Assembly (NCBI GenBank): GCA_964247055.1
Contig: OZ176057.1
Coordinates: 3,782,001-3,846,000 of the forward strand
Direction: 5' to 3'
Length of the DNA: 64,000 nucleotides
From: Paragordius varius
Taxonomy: Eukaryota > Animalia > Nematomorpha
The position numbers were made by a program, and so were the translations under genes. Below the pieces are notes generated by a model. That model was not told where the DNA came from, did no database searches, and saw only the letters and a program-made list of their open reading frames with translations. The first letter of the stretch is position 1. The number at the start of each line of letters is the position of its first letter. Positions 45,373 to 57,061 of this stretch are shown in pieces.

Positions 45373-46385
45373 TCAATAATCTTTAGGTGCATTATTACAT
45401 TCCCTGTAAACAATGCAAAGGTATTCATCTTTCCCATCACCGGCATATGCTGATCCAACGTTAATTAACTATGCATAATATAAAATTTATCAAAAATTCA
45501 AAAATTAAATAACAATAAACTATTTATATACATACCCTAGGAATGATAAATGTAAATATCATCATATATACTATTTGCACTTAGAGAGTGTCTTTAAACA
45601 TTTTAAGTTGATCCTTGAACATTTTAAGTTGGTCCTTAAAATATTTAAATTTTGATTTAACCATAATTTTTGCATGTATTGTTATATATTATTATTATTT
45701 AACATATCCTTATTTATCATATATTTATTCATTAACCACTTTTTTGTTTCAAACTATTTTTTTTTTAATTTAACAAAATTTGAATGTTTTCAATAAAAAA
45801 ATTGGTAATAATAACCAAAATACGTATTTATTTTTTAATTAGGTGTTAAAATCTTATGAATATCCAAAATAATTTTAAGAAATTAATAAAGATATAAGGT
45901 TTTTCAATGATTAAAAGTTGATATTGATTTGAATTTTATGTAAAATAATAGAAAATAAGTTAAAAACAATAAAATAGATGAATGTTTTACGATTTGATTG
46001 ATAAAGTTAACAACAAAACAAAAAAGTCAAAGGACCAACTTCAAGTGTTCAAGGACCAACTTGAAGTGTTCATAGGACACTCTTGAAGTGCAAATGGTAT
46101 CTCATCATCATAAAGGGTAGGACTCCGGATTCGGAGTTTTCGTAACACGAAGTAATTCACATTCATATTATTTATACTTTATGGTATTCTGAGGCAATTT
46201 TTTACGTATTTAGTACACATGCCCTTGTGTACGAACAAGTAATGATTTTACAGATCATTAGAAACTGGCCTTTGCCTTGTTAGCATACGCATTTTTATGC
46301 CCCAGTCAGCACCGCGGGTAGGTGGCAATAGGACTTTTTTGACCAAATTTAAATATTAATTATTATATATCTAATAAATTTTTAA

Positions 46386-46431
<46 letters not shown>

Positions 46432-49400
46432 CTAATAATCTTCAAAATATATATATAACCAAAATTATTAACCCCTAAAATTACAATACGCACATTTAAG
46501 TGCGCCAATTCACATTATTTTTGTCCGATTGACAATACACTAGCGTATGGGTAAAAAGTAACAAATGGTTGATATGAAAGAAACTTTTCCATTTTTTAAT
46601 TTAAATATGGACAATGTTTGTTTTATAACATACGCTATTGTAGTAAAAATACGTATAAAATAGCTAACATGAATCTGTATTCACAAATAGCATTGGGTTT
46701 GATTATGTGATAAATAATAATTTAAATGATGCATGAAAAGATGGTTCATTAATCAAGCGAGTTTAATTTAGAATATCTAAGATGTAGAAATATACCATTT
46801 ACAATTCAAATTAACCTTAGAACAATTCAAGTTCACCTTCGAACAATTTAAATTCACCCTTGAACAATTCAAATTCACCCTAAAATTATAATTAAAAATT
46901 GCCTATATTTTTTTATATTTTTTAGAAAAAGAAATTTTGTATGTAATCAAAATAATACTGAAAAAATAATAAACTTTGCCGTAAAACAATATTTAATTTT
47001 AATAATGATTCATATTAGACTGAAATTTCATAATTTATTTTTATGGTGAATTTGAATTGTTCGAGAGTGAATTTGAATTGTTCAAGGGTAAATTTAAATT
47101 GTTCAAGAGTGAATTTAAATTGTAAATGGTATTGGTTTTTATATACGTTTTCAATAATCACAATAGTGTATGGGAACTCTTAATTAAAGTTTATTAAACA
47201 CGTGTTTTTTTGCACTCAACTTTGTCCTTTATATTTATTGGAATTGAAATTATTACAAAAAATTTTTTCCGTAAAAATAAAATATAGGTTTTGGCTGGTG
47301 TTTTTACTTTATGTCACTAAAATTAAATTTATAATTAAGAAATTATTCAAATTAAAAAAAAATCCACCTGTTTATATTTATTATGTTTTTAAACTAAAAA
47401 TGGCAAAAATGAAACACCTGTTTAAATTTCCATCCATCTGAAAGTCCAGATATAGTAGGAGTTAATTCATGTTCGCGGCAATGTATAACCCTATAAATGT
47501 GATCCAAATTTGTCTATAAATAAAAAAAAAATTAAATAAAATATTGTTAAAATAACTAATTTATATTTATGAGAAATATAAATCTGAATGTAATCATGAA
47601 AAAAACACAATTTTTACATAAAAATATTTATACAAAATCATGTATTAGCTAAGCTTTTTGTATGCCGCGCCCGATTCAATATTTTGGCACAGTTTATAAA
47701 GTTTTTTTTGTTAAGGGATTCAATATTAAGTAAACTTGATTTATATTATTTGTTTGATTAGTAAACTGTCAAAAAATATAACTATCACTTTTATAAATTG
47801 AAATTTATACATTATAGACAATAATTAAACTGGGCTCAAGATCGAAAGATATTTAAAAATATGTCCCGATAATAAAATACATCAGATTCATGGTGCCTGG
47901 GGCTTATATAAGTTATGAAAAATGTTATATTACAGCTTTTTATTGTAACTACTCCATATTAAAAAATGGTAGAGCACAGTTAAATAAAATTTTTTAGTAA
48001 AAGATAAATGCTTTATCCTTTTAAAAAAAAATCACTAAATCATATCAAATAACATCCACAATTAGATCAAAACATTATTTTAATGAAATTCGAAATTTTA
48101 GATGTGAGCTTTAAAAGGTCTGAAATATTTGGACATGCCTAAATGAGTTAACTGAAACTTAACGCATGCCGAGGGCATAAATATTAATATTTTATAAATA
48201 TTTTTTGCCTTTGAGATAAGTTTTTACCTATATATATATATATATATATATTATTTAATTTGTGCTCAAATTTTCAAATTTTTTAATATGGATTAAAAAT
48301 CACTCGTAAGGCCCAAATGAAAAACAACGTTATGCTTTTATCTATCGGAAAATATATTATTCATTAAAATATTTTTTGTGCTCTATTTTATGGAATGCAG
48401 AAAATAATATACCATTTACAGTTCAAATTCACCCTTGAACAATTCAAATTCATCCTAAAAATAAATTATGTGTTTTCAAACTAATATAACTCATTTTAAT
48501 ATAAAATAAATTTTACATTATATTATTTTTTTCAATATTATCAAAATTTATTTTTTAAAAATTTATAAAAACATAGTTAATTATTAATTTTAAAAAACAT
48601 ATAATATATTTGAGGGTAAATGTTGAAAATGAAGAATTGTTCGAGGTTTGAATTGTTTAAGGGTGAATTTGAATTGTAAATGATATATTTCCAAAACCGT
48701 TAAATCACAGATAAAAATATAACAAAAAGTTACATTAAATAGATTAAGTTTAATGCCGTAATTGCGACAAATCGTCATTAATGCCAAATAATGATTCAGT
48801 AAAATATTTAAAATTATTAAAAATTATATAAATTTTAAAAAAGCGTAAATAAACCTCAGAATGGAATGAGGAACCCCCAGATTTTTCCAGAATTTTTAAG
48901 TGTATCAATTTTGTCAATTCAGGTAAGTTATAAAATTCGGATTCTTCTAAAACACCTTATTAATTAAATTAATTAATTAAATGTAAAAAATTAAAATAAA
49001 AGAAACTAAAGTTTAAATATAAAAATTTTTAAGAGACAACCATTCTTTTTAAACCTTATTTTCTGTATAATTATGATTTTTCAATAACCTCCCGACACAT
49101 TATATTATATATTAGAATTATGAAGTTAATCAAGATTATAAAAATTGTTTGTTTATAATATAATTAATTTTCTGGATTTTATTTACGATTTGAATTTTGA
49201 GATATTTTGTCAGTTTGTTTAAGCTCGTTTTTTTTCTAAATTTATTTTAAAAAAAGCAATAAAATTATTTATGATTTGTATAATTTAAACAGTTATAGGT
49301 TTTAAATATTATAAAATACTAAAAAATTACCATGAGGGTCCATATTTTTATCCATAATTATTTTCCCATGTCGCAAAAAATTTAGTATTGGATCAAAATA

Positions 49401-49667
49401 ATTTGGATCTCTATCGATCATAAATGCACCAAATTCATCCTGTAAAATACATAATCGTTTATCTTAATATCATCATATATAAAAAATTTATATAATAATT
49501 ACTATATCAGTAGATAAGTCAGAGTCATCTGCTATAAGTCTGGCAAGAAATGAATTTGGATATTTGGAAAGAGTAGTTTTTGTCGTAAGATATTGTTTTC
49601 CTCCTACATTTAATTTCACCCAAGTTTTTGAGGGATCAATTCCATTTAAATGATTTCCATTGCGCAT
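45373..49667 (-). CDS. KCTD5: KCTD2/5/17-family BTB/POZ protein (Cullin-3 adaptor), 5 exons, ~188 aa
   Basis: Exons 49667-49503, 49439-49331, 48955-48855, 47513-47418 and 45468-45373 join in phase. [55 protein letters not shown]|LINVGS, DEYLCIV. Confidence 0.92.
45569..46099. mobile_element. Family-B 21-bp foldback element (B1)
   Basis: TACTATTTGCAC...GTGCAAATGGTA with inverted (GAACA.TTCAAGTTGGTCCTT)-type units. Confidence 0.8.
46793..47131. mobile_element. Family-A 21-bp foldback element (A13)
   Basis: TA|TACCATTTAC...GTAAATGGTA with 3-4 units per arm. Confidence 0.85.
48410..48685. mobile_element. Family-A 21-bp foldback element (A14)
   Basis: TA|TACCATTTAC...GTAAATGATA. Confidence 0.8.
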
Positions 49668-49695
49668 TATATCACGTGTTGGTAAAATATATTAA

Positions 49696-50277
49696 CACTT
49701 GAATACAACACACTCATTTTAGTCCTTCGATTCAAATTGGGGTAGTTGGATACCCCAGGCCTGTTTAAAATTAAATTATTCAAAAAATATATAAGGAATC
49801 GAAACCATGGCAAAATTTTGCACTTATCTAACATTAATAAACCGAAATATATAAAAAATTATATTCAAAAATACTTGATATTACTTATTATGAGCTAAAA
49901 CCGAAAGGTAAAAATTTCGTCAACGTGACATGTGTCAAATTGTAAAATTGAAAAATTATACAAACTAAACCGCTTTTTCTATTTCTATCAATGTTAGATG
50001 TAATTTATATAAAAAATTAGCTTTGGTTTTACCATTAAAATTAAATAAAGACGATATTTTGCAAAAATTTTGTAAAATAAAAATGGCGTCGAAGTAGTTT
50101 GAGATGGAGCTTTTTTTTCAAAACAAAATTTTATCAAGATATTTTGGCATATTTATATAATATTGATCAGGATAGAAGCATAAATTTAAATTGGGACCGT
50201 TTCCTTCAGTAGTTTTTTAAAAATATTAAATTAAATTTATTCTGGGGTATTTAGATACCCCAATTTGAATCGAAGTG
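49696..50277. mobile_element. TTAA-flanked element, copy 2 (inverted relative to copy 1)
   Basis: TTAA at 49692-49695 and 50278-50281, CACTT/AAGTG termini. Near-identical to the reverse complement of 1959-2539. Confidence 0.85.
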
Positions 50278-50479
50278 TTAAAATGATGATGGCTTTAATT
50301 ATTTTATATTCGGCCCAAAATTTAACTATCTGAAAAATATTTTAAGCATTTGTCTAAATTTAAAATCTTGCTTTGCGCATGATACAAAAAAATTTTTGTA
50401 AAAATCGTTATCTCTCACTTTTTCGTCACCATTTTTTACATTACTTTTTTAGAATCGTTAACACTTAGATACTAAACAT

Positions 50480-50880
50480 TCATTTCACTCCTTAGGTTCG
50501 AGTTAGGGTAGATAATTAATAAAAAAATATAGGAGGATTTATAAGGGCAAAAGTTTCAATTTATTTAACATTAGTGAACCGAAATAACAAGAATCCATTC
50601 AAAATTACTTGATTTTACGGTACCGGAGGTAAAAATTCGAACATGACATTGCTGCAATCAAATATAATGCAAGATAAACCACTTTTTTAATAGAATGTTA
50701 GGTGTAATTTTTATAAAAATCAGCTTTTTTAATTAAAAAAACCGGTAGGAGTTTGATATAAAACTCTTTTTCAACTAAATTATATTTAGCTATTGATTAT
50801 ATATTTTTTATTATAAAGGCATTAATTTAAATTGGAATTAACTCTTTCAGAGTAGTTTTATTATAACATCAATTTGGATA
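50480..50880. mobile_element. Strongly diverged relic of the TTAA-flanked element
   Basis: Collinear motifs (AACATTA..GAACCGAAAT, TACTTGAT, GGTAAAAATT..ACATGACA, ATAAACCACTTTTT, ATGTTAG.TGTAATT). Confidence 0.5.
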
Positions 50881-50976
50881 TGGTGTGGGTACTAAATTGG
50901 TAGAAAAATAGCAAATAAATCTATATAATAGTTAAAAATGAGAAATTTAAAGCTTTTAACGTTTTGGCAGCATATG

Positions 50977-53489
50977 TAAGGTGACCAGATTTTTTGAAGG
51001 AAAAAGCGGGACAAATCTGAGAAAGGGGGGAAAGAGGGGGCGTTATGAGGTGGGGTGGACAACCAAAAATATTTATACAAAAAATTTATTGTAGTAATTT
51101 ATTTTTAACACAAATACATGATAAATATATAAAAAATATTTAATTCCTTGGTATATTTTTTATTTGAGTGAATGCATTATTGTCATCATTTATAGTAGAA
51201 GTCTTCACAGGAATTTGTCAAATTATATTTTACAGATAAAATGGTAAAGTTTCAACATTTAAATTTGATTTTTCCGATGTCCACATCTGATTTACTGTGG
51301 AAAAAACGCGTTCAATAGCAGCGTTGGTTCCACGTAAAGATAATGCAAATTCTACAATTTTTAAAATATTGTATGGAACATAGTTTGTTTCAAAATGATG
51401 AAATATTTCTAACCATTTCTTTTCTGCTGTATTATTTTCTGTTGTCCATAATTTAAGTTTTTCATTATTAATATATTTTATAACTAATGATACTTTAGAA
51501 AAAAGATATTTTCTGAAAGGTTACTTTTTGGGAATTTTTGGGAGATGCACAAATGATTTTTGAACATCACACCAATTAAATTTTGGTTTTAATGTTATCC
51601 AATGAAAATGATCAATTTCATTAAATTGCACCGTTAGTCTTCCAATAATCTTTACAGTTTGTATGAAACATTTTTATATGAGGATATCTGGCGATTTATT
51701 AAGCCTTGTTTTTCTAAATTATTTATTATATTGCGGATGGTTAATGGTATAAAATTATTTTCTAACCGTTCTTGACATTGGAATTTTAGGTTATTAACTT
51801 CATTGGCTACTTTGATTGCCGAAATTTTGTCACCATCTATAAATTTAATAACATTTTGAAAGAGAGAAGCTTGATTAGTAAGAATTCTAACCATAAGAAT
51901 CACTTTCAAAAACCTTTTTTGAAGTTGTCGGACATTTGTCCTGTGATAAAATAAAGATTTTAAAGGATCATACATTTTTAAAATTTTTTCGATAGCTGGC
52001 ATAAAAGCTAACCAACGAGTTTCACAATATCCAAGCATTTTTTAATATTGAACTTCTGCATTTGCACAGAATTTCTTAAGCGTTTCAACGCGTACCGTGT
52101 ATATAAAAATAGGATTATACCTTAACAACTACATTTTCCACATCTAAGGGTAACAAATCAGCAGCTGTTTGAATAGCGTTGTGTGTTATATGCGCTACAC
52201 ACCCAACGTAAATAATGTTTTGATTAAGATTATCTGCTAATTACTGAAAATTATTTTTTGTTCCCCTCCTTGCTTTTCCACCGAAGTTTGTATTGGTGTT
52301 GTCAGCGCAATATGCGATAATTTTGTCTTTTAAATTATTTTTTTCTAGAATATGCATTATTAAAGTAAATATTATTTCGGAATTTTCACCGGCTAGGGAA
52401 ATTAAATCTAAAATTTTAATTTTTACTCCGGTTTCTTAATCAAAATATCTTATCAAAGTGGGAAATAATTTTGTTTCATGGTGATTTGAAGCATCAGAGT
52501 ATAGGGAAAAGAAATTAATTTTTAGCAAATCTTTTTGTATTTCAGAAAATGCATGTGGCGAAAGGACATTGCACACAATGGCTTCAGCCTTTGTACGGGC
52601 ACATGTAATTTTTTTATGGAATAACGTACAAATAACCTGTGAGGTGTAGTCCATAGATCTAAAAGAATGATTGTGATTGACGGCGTGAAAGGATAACACG
52701 CCCTCAGCTAGTGCCAAATTTTTTTCAACCTCTCCAAAAGCGGTTTTTCGAAAAAATCGCTCATTTTGTAAGATGATGCCGCCATATCTAAACATTTTTT
52801 ATGTTTCTGTGTTTCCATATGCTTTGCAATATCATGTTTGCCGCCATGTGCTAGGGTGAATTCCCCCTCGCATATAAGACATTTAACAGATGATTCATTC
52901 TTTGTTTTTTTAATAAAAGGAAAATCTTTCATTAATTCACCATTAAATTTACAACCTCTTTTTGTGCTCATATTTATAAACTACTATTAGTATAATAAAT
53001 ATTATATTACCTTAGTTTTCTGGAAAAAACGTGTAAAGTACCGATTTGTGGTATCAATTTGTCTTTTAAGCTACCGGGTATTTGGCTTTTTAATAATGTT
53101 GGCAAGTAATAAAACTAAAATATTAGTATAATAAATATTATATTACCTTAATTTTCTGGATTAAACGTGTAAGCTACCGATTTGTGGTATCAATTTGTCT
53201 TTTAATCTGGTAACTAGGCTTTTTGATAATGATGACAGTAGTAGTAGGAAGGAAAGTTTATAATCATATGATATGAATTCGAAAAAAATAAATATTTTTA
53301 ATTTAAAATAAAAAAATTTAATTTAAAATAAAAAAATTTATTTGTATTAAAAAAAATTTATTTGTTTTAAAAAATTTTTTTTTTATATAATCGTGAAAAA
53401 GCGGGACATTTTAAAAACGTAGCGGGACGCGGGACAAAGTGTGAAAAAGCGGGACTGTCCCGCCAAAAGCGGGACGTCTGGTCACCTTA
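50977..53489 (-). mobile_element. Full-length (2513 bp) Blackjack-like hAT transposon, copy 2
   Basis: 13-bp TIRs TAAGGTGACCAGA with a perfect 8-bp TSD AGCATATG (50969-50976 and 53490-53497), plus GCGGGAC subterminal motifs. Confidence 0.95.
51200..52971 (-). pseudogene. Frameshifted hAT transposase
   Basis: CLIC...HMETQKH, SLYSDASNH, LGYCETRWL and C-terminal GTNAAIERVFS (~51300-51340) are split across frames by indels and stops. Confidence 0.88.
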
Positions 53490-53616
53490 AGCATATGGGA
53501 TATTGTCAGCTTTTTATTTCACTCAGCTTTTCAAAATTTTGGACTCTAGAAGTTGGAAAAATCCCAATAATGCTTTGGAAAATATACATATAATTTGAGC
53601 CACCATAACCTTTAAA

Positions 53617-53890
53617 CCATAGGTGCCCAACACAAATGGCTAAACGGGCCGCAGTTTTTGATTATAAAAACGAAGAGCCGCATTTGCAAAATTGGGCATT
53701 AACAAATTTTTAGGGCGTTTTAAACATGAATGAAACTATCAATTTTAACAATTTTTGCTAGTTTATTGCCAATCTGAATAAAATCAGAAAATTTATTTGA
53801 GAAAATCAATTTTAAATAGATTTGGAAACTTTTTATTTGAGATTCTCGCGTTCTACATAAATTTGGAAAGCGATGTGTTGGAAGACACAT
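53617..53890. mobile_element. Degenerate hAT-Charlie-like MITE
   Basis: CCCAACACAAATGGCTAAACGGGCCGCAG...GTGTTGG, similar to 41105-41342. Confidence 0.4.
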
Positions 53891-54617
53891 TTCGGTATAA
53901 AATTACTCCAAGATGTAATCATGCATAATAAATACTATTTATAAACTAAAATTTTATATAATTTTAATTTTCAGATCTGATATACTTGCATTTTTTGCCT
54001 CTCCTTAAATAAACCCAAAATGCGAGAATACGCGATATTAACTTCATATATTTATACTAATTTATAAAAAATAAAATACTACATTGTGTTTAATACGCAT
54101 GTATACCAGTTGTAGTCAAACCGCGGCCCTAAAAGAGCTTTTTTTATGTTCCTAAATGTATTAATTTGGTGGACTTGTTTTGAGTATGGATATCTGCAAA
54201 TGTGTGAACTATGCAATTTCTATCGGTATTATATGGTCCATGGGACCCTTAACACAAGACAAATAATTTTTGCCCTTCAAAAATTTTGGTGAGCCCCACT
54301 CATGTACAATCACCTTTTGGATTTACCTTTAAAAATTACATATATTTAAAATTTAGCCTAATAAATAATGTCTTATGGCACTAATTGAACTCATTATCAT
54401 TTTACAAAGTTTCTTTTTTTAAAAATCCACAAACAAACATAAATTATTTCTATAGTTCAAAATATTTAAGACTGATTTCAACACTTGGATGCATGCATTC
54501 ATTTCAATCCTTCGATTCAAATTGGGCCCAGGCTTGTTTACAATTAAATATTTAAAAAACATGGAGTAAATTGAATGTTTGCATTTATATAACATTACTG
54601 AACCGAAATATAATATA

Positions 54618-56145
54618 TACCATTTTTCATGCAAAAACATCATTTTTTCAAGCAAACGCACCATTTTTTCAAGCAAACGCAACATTTTTTCAAGCAAAGG
54701 CAACAATTTTTCAAGCAAATGCAACATTTTTTCAAGCAAAGACAACATTTTTTCAAGCAAACGCAACATTTTTTCAAGCAAAGGCAACATTTTTTCAACC
54801 AAATACAACATTTTTTCATCCAAACGCAACATTTTTTCAACCAAAGACAACATTTTTTCAAGCAAAAACAACACTTTTTTTAATATTACAAAGAATTACT
54901 ATTTATTGTTAATTATAAATTATTTATTAAATTTTAAGTAAATGTAATTTATTTTTAGCGTTGAATTATGATTTTTATCGTTTTATCATCAATATTTGAT
55001 GGTAAAATTGATTTTCAAACATTTTGAATTTGCCCATAAATTGCCTTATTTATTTATATTAATTATATTTTTCTTTTACAATTTTGGTTTCGCCTAATCA
55101 AATTATTTAATTTGCACTTCAAGAGTGTCTTTGAAAGTTTAAAGTTGTCCTTCACTTCAAGTTGGTCCTTTGACTTTTTTGTTTTGTTTTTAACTTAATT
55201 AAATCGAAAATAATTTATCTATTTTATTGTTTTTAACCTATTTTCTATTATTTAACATGAATTTTAAATCGATATCATCTTTTAATCTTTGAGAAACCGT
55301 ATATTAATTTCTTAAAATAGATATTTATAACACGAAAAAAAATATATGAGTTTTCTGGGTTATTAAAAAATTTTCATTAAAAACATTAAAAGTTAATAAT
55401 TTTGTTCAATTAAAAAAATATTTTGAAACAAAAAAGTGGTTTTTCAATAAAAATTTTTATTTTTAAATGGATAAATATATAAAAAATAAAGAAAATTAGG
55501 TTAATAAATAATAATATATATTAAAAAATAAATGCAAAAATTAGGGTAAAACAAAATTTATATATTTTAAGGACCAACTTAAAGAGTTCAAGGACCAACT
55601 GGAAATGTTCAAGGACCAACTTGAAGTGTTCAAGGACACTCTTGAAGTGCAAATTAAATAATTTGATTAGGCGAAACCAAAATTGTAAAAGAAAAATATA
55701 ATTAATATAAATAAATAAGGCAATTTATGGGCAAATTCAAAATGTTTGAAAATCAATTTTACCATCAAATATTGATGATAAAACGATAAAAATCATAATT
55801 CAACGCTAAAAATAAATTACATTTACTTAAAATTTAATAAATAATTTATAATTAACAATAAATAGTAATTCTTTGTAATATTAAAAAAAGTGTTGTTTTT
55901 GCTTGAAAAAATGTTGTCTTTGGTTGAAAAAATGTTGCGTTTGGATGAAAAAATGTTGTATTTGGTTGAAAAAATGTTGCCTTTGCTTGAAAAAATGTTG
56001 CGTTTGCTTGAAAAAATGTTGTCTTTGCTTGAAAAAATGTTGCATTTGCTTGAAAAATTGTTGCCTTTGCTTGAAAAAATGTTGCGTTTGCTTGAAAAAA
56101 TGGTGCGTTTGCTTGAAAAATGATGTTTTTGCATGAAAAATGGTA
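54618..56145. mobile_element. Family-C foldback composite element: ~490-bp near-perfect inverted arms around a family-B core
   Basis: TA|TACCATTTTTCATGC...GCATGAAAAATGGTA|TA. Each arm has ~11-12 units of CAACATTTTTTCAAGCAAA(C/G/T)G plus ~240 bp of unique AT-rich DNA. Confidence 0.9.
55111..55653. mobile_element. Family-B element (B2) lacking TACCA at both ends, forming the core of the family-C element
   Basis: TTTGCACTTCAAGAGTG...CACTCTTGAAGTGCAAA. The interior is homologous to 60034-60747. Confidence 0.85.
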
Positions 56146-57061
56146 TAATTCAAAAATACTTGATGAAACTTATTCAAGGCAAAACTCATAGGTAAAAATT
56201 TAGCCAGCGTGACATGTGTGCACAAGTTAAATGTAAAAATGCAAAATATACTTTTCTAGCTATATCAATATTATTTGTGATTTTAATTAAAAAAGTAAAT
56301 TTATTTTTTGGCCTAAAATCAAATAATATATTTTGCGAAAATGTTGTAAAATAAAATGACGTCCAATTTGATACGGAACTTTTTGTCGAATAAATTTTAT
56401 TTAGATATTTCGGTTTATTTATATAATTTTATTAGGATATAAGAATAAAATCTTAAAAGAAACCGTTTCTATCAGCAGTTCTTTATAAATTTTAACTTTA
56501 AAGGGGTATCAGGTGTAAACGGCATAATTACAAAAAAGAGCCCTTGGATATTTTTTCGAAGAACGGCACAATGAATATTATTATAAATATATTTTTCAAA
56601 CCGCTTAAGATAAGAAAAATTATTACACACCTGGATTCCTGATAAATAATATTACATATAAATTTATTTGGGTGGTTATATTTTCTACATCAAAGATATT
56701 ATTGTAATTAAAATTGCGCTATTACATATTATATCATGGAAAATATAAAATTTGAAATTAAAAATTAACATATATTGTTTTCAATGATTGTGTATTACAC
56801 AGCTATAATAATTAATTAATTAAATTATGGATCATTAAAAACTATGATTTATTAAATAGAAGACAATTTAATGCATTTAAATATATTAAACAACTATTTA
56901 AAAATAATACTTTCTTTTTTGATGATATAAAACAACAATTTTCAATAAAAAAAATATTTTTGGAATACATAATCATATATTTAAATCATTTTTATTTCGA
57001 AATAATATTATTAATTTTAAATATTTCAGCAATTTTTTGCCTTAAATTAAAAACAAAAACT

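Larger units (their letters stand above)
54482..56515. mobile_element. Diverged TTAA-family element, copy 3, split by the family-C insertion
   Basis: CACTTGGAT...CTTCGATTCAAATTGGG...AACCGAAATATA precedes 54618. ATTCAAAAATACTTGAT...GTGACATGTG...GGGGTAT resumes after 56145. Confidence 0.75.

Noticed and set aside
54419-56225. ORFs with heptad-like repeats (LEKMLRL, KQTQHFF, KKCC) on both strands
   Set aside because: They are products of stop-free 21-bp (7-codon) units inside a TE palindrome, open in several frames at once, with no splice context. The same applies to the FKDQLEL, NCSRTNL and RVNLNCS ORFs at 40465, 59952-60811 and 60962-61526. Coiled-coil potential if exonised is speculative.
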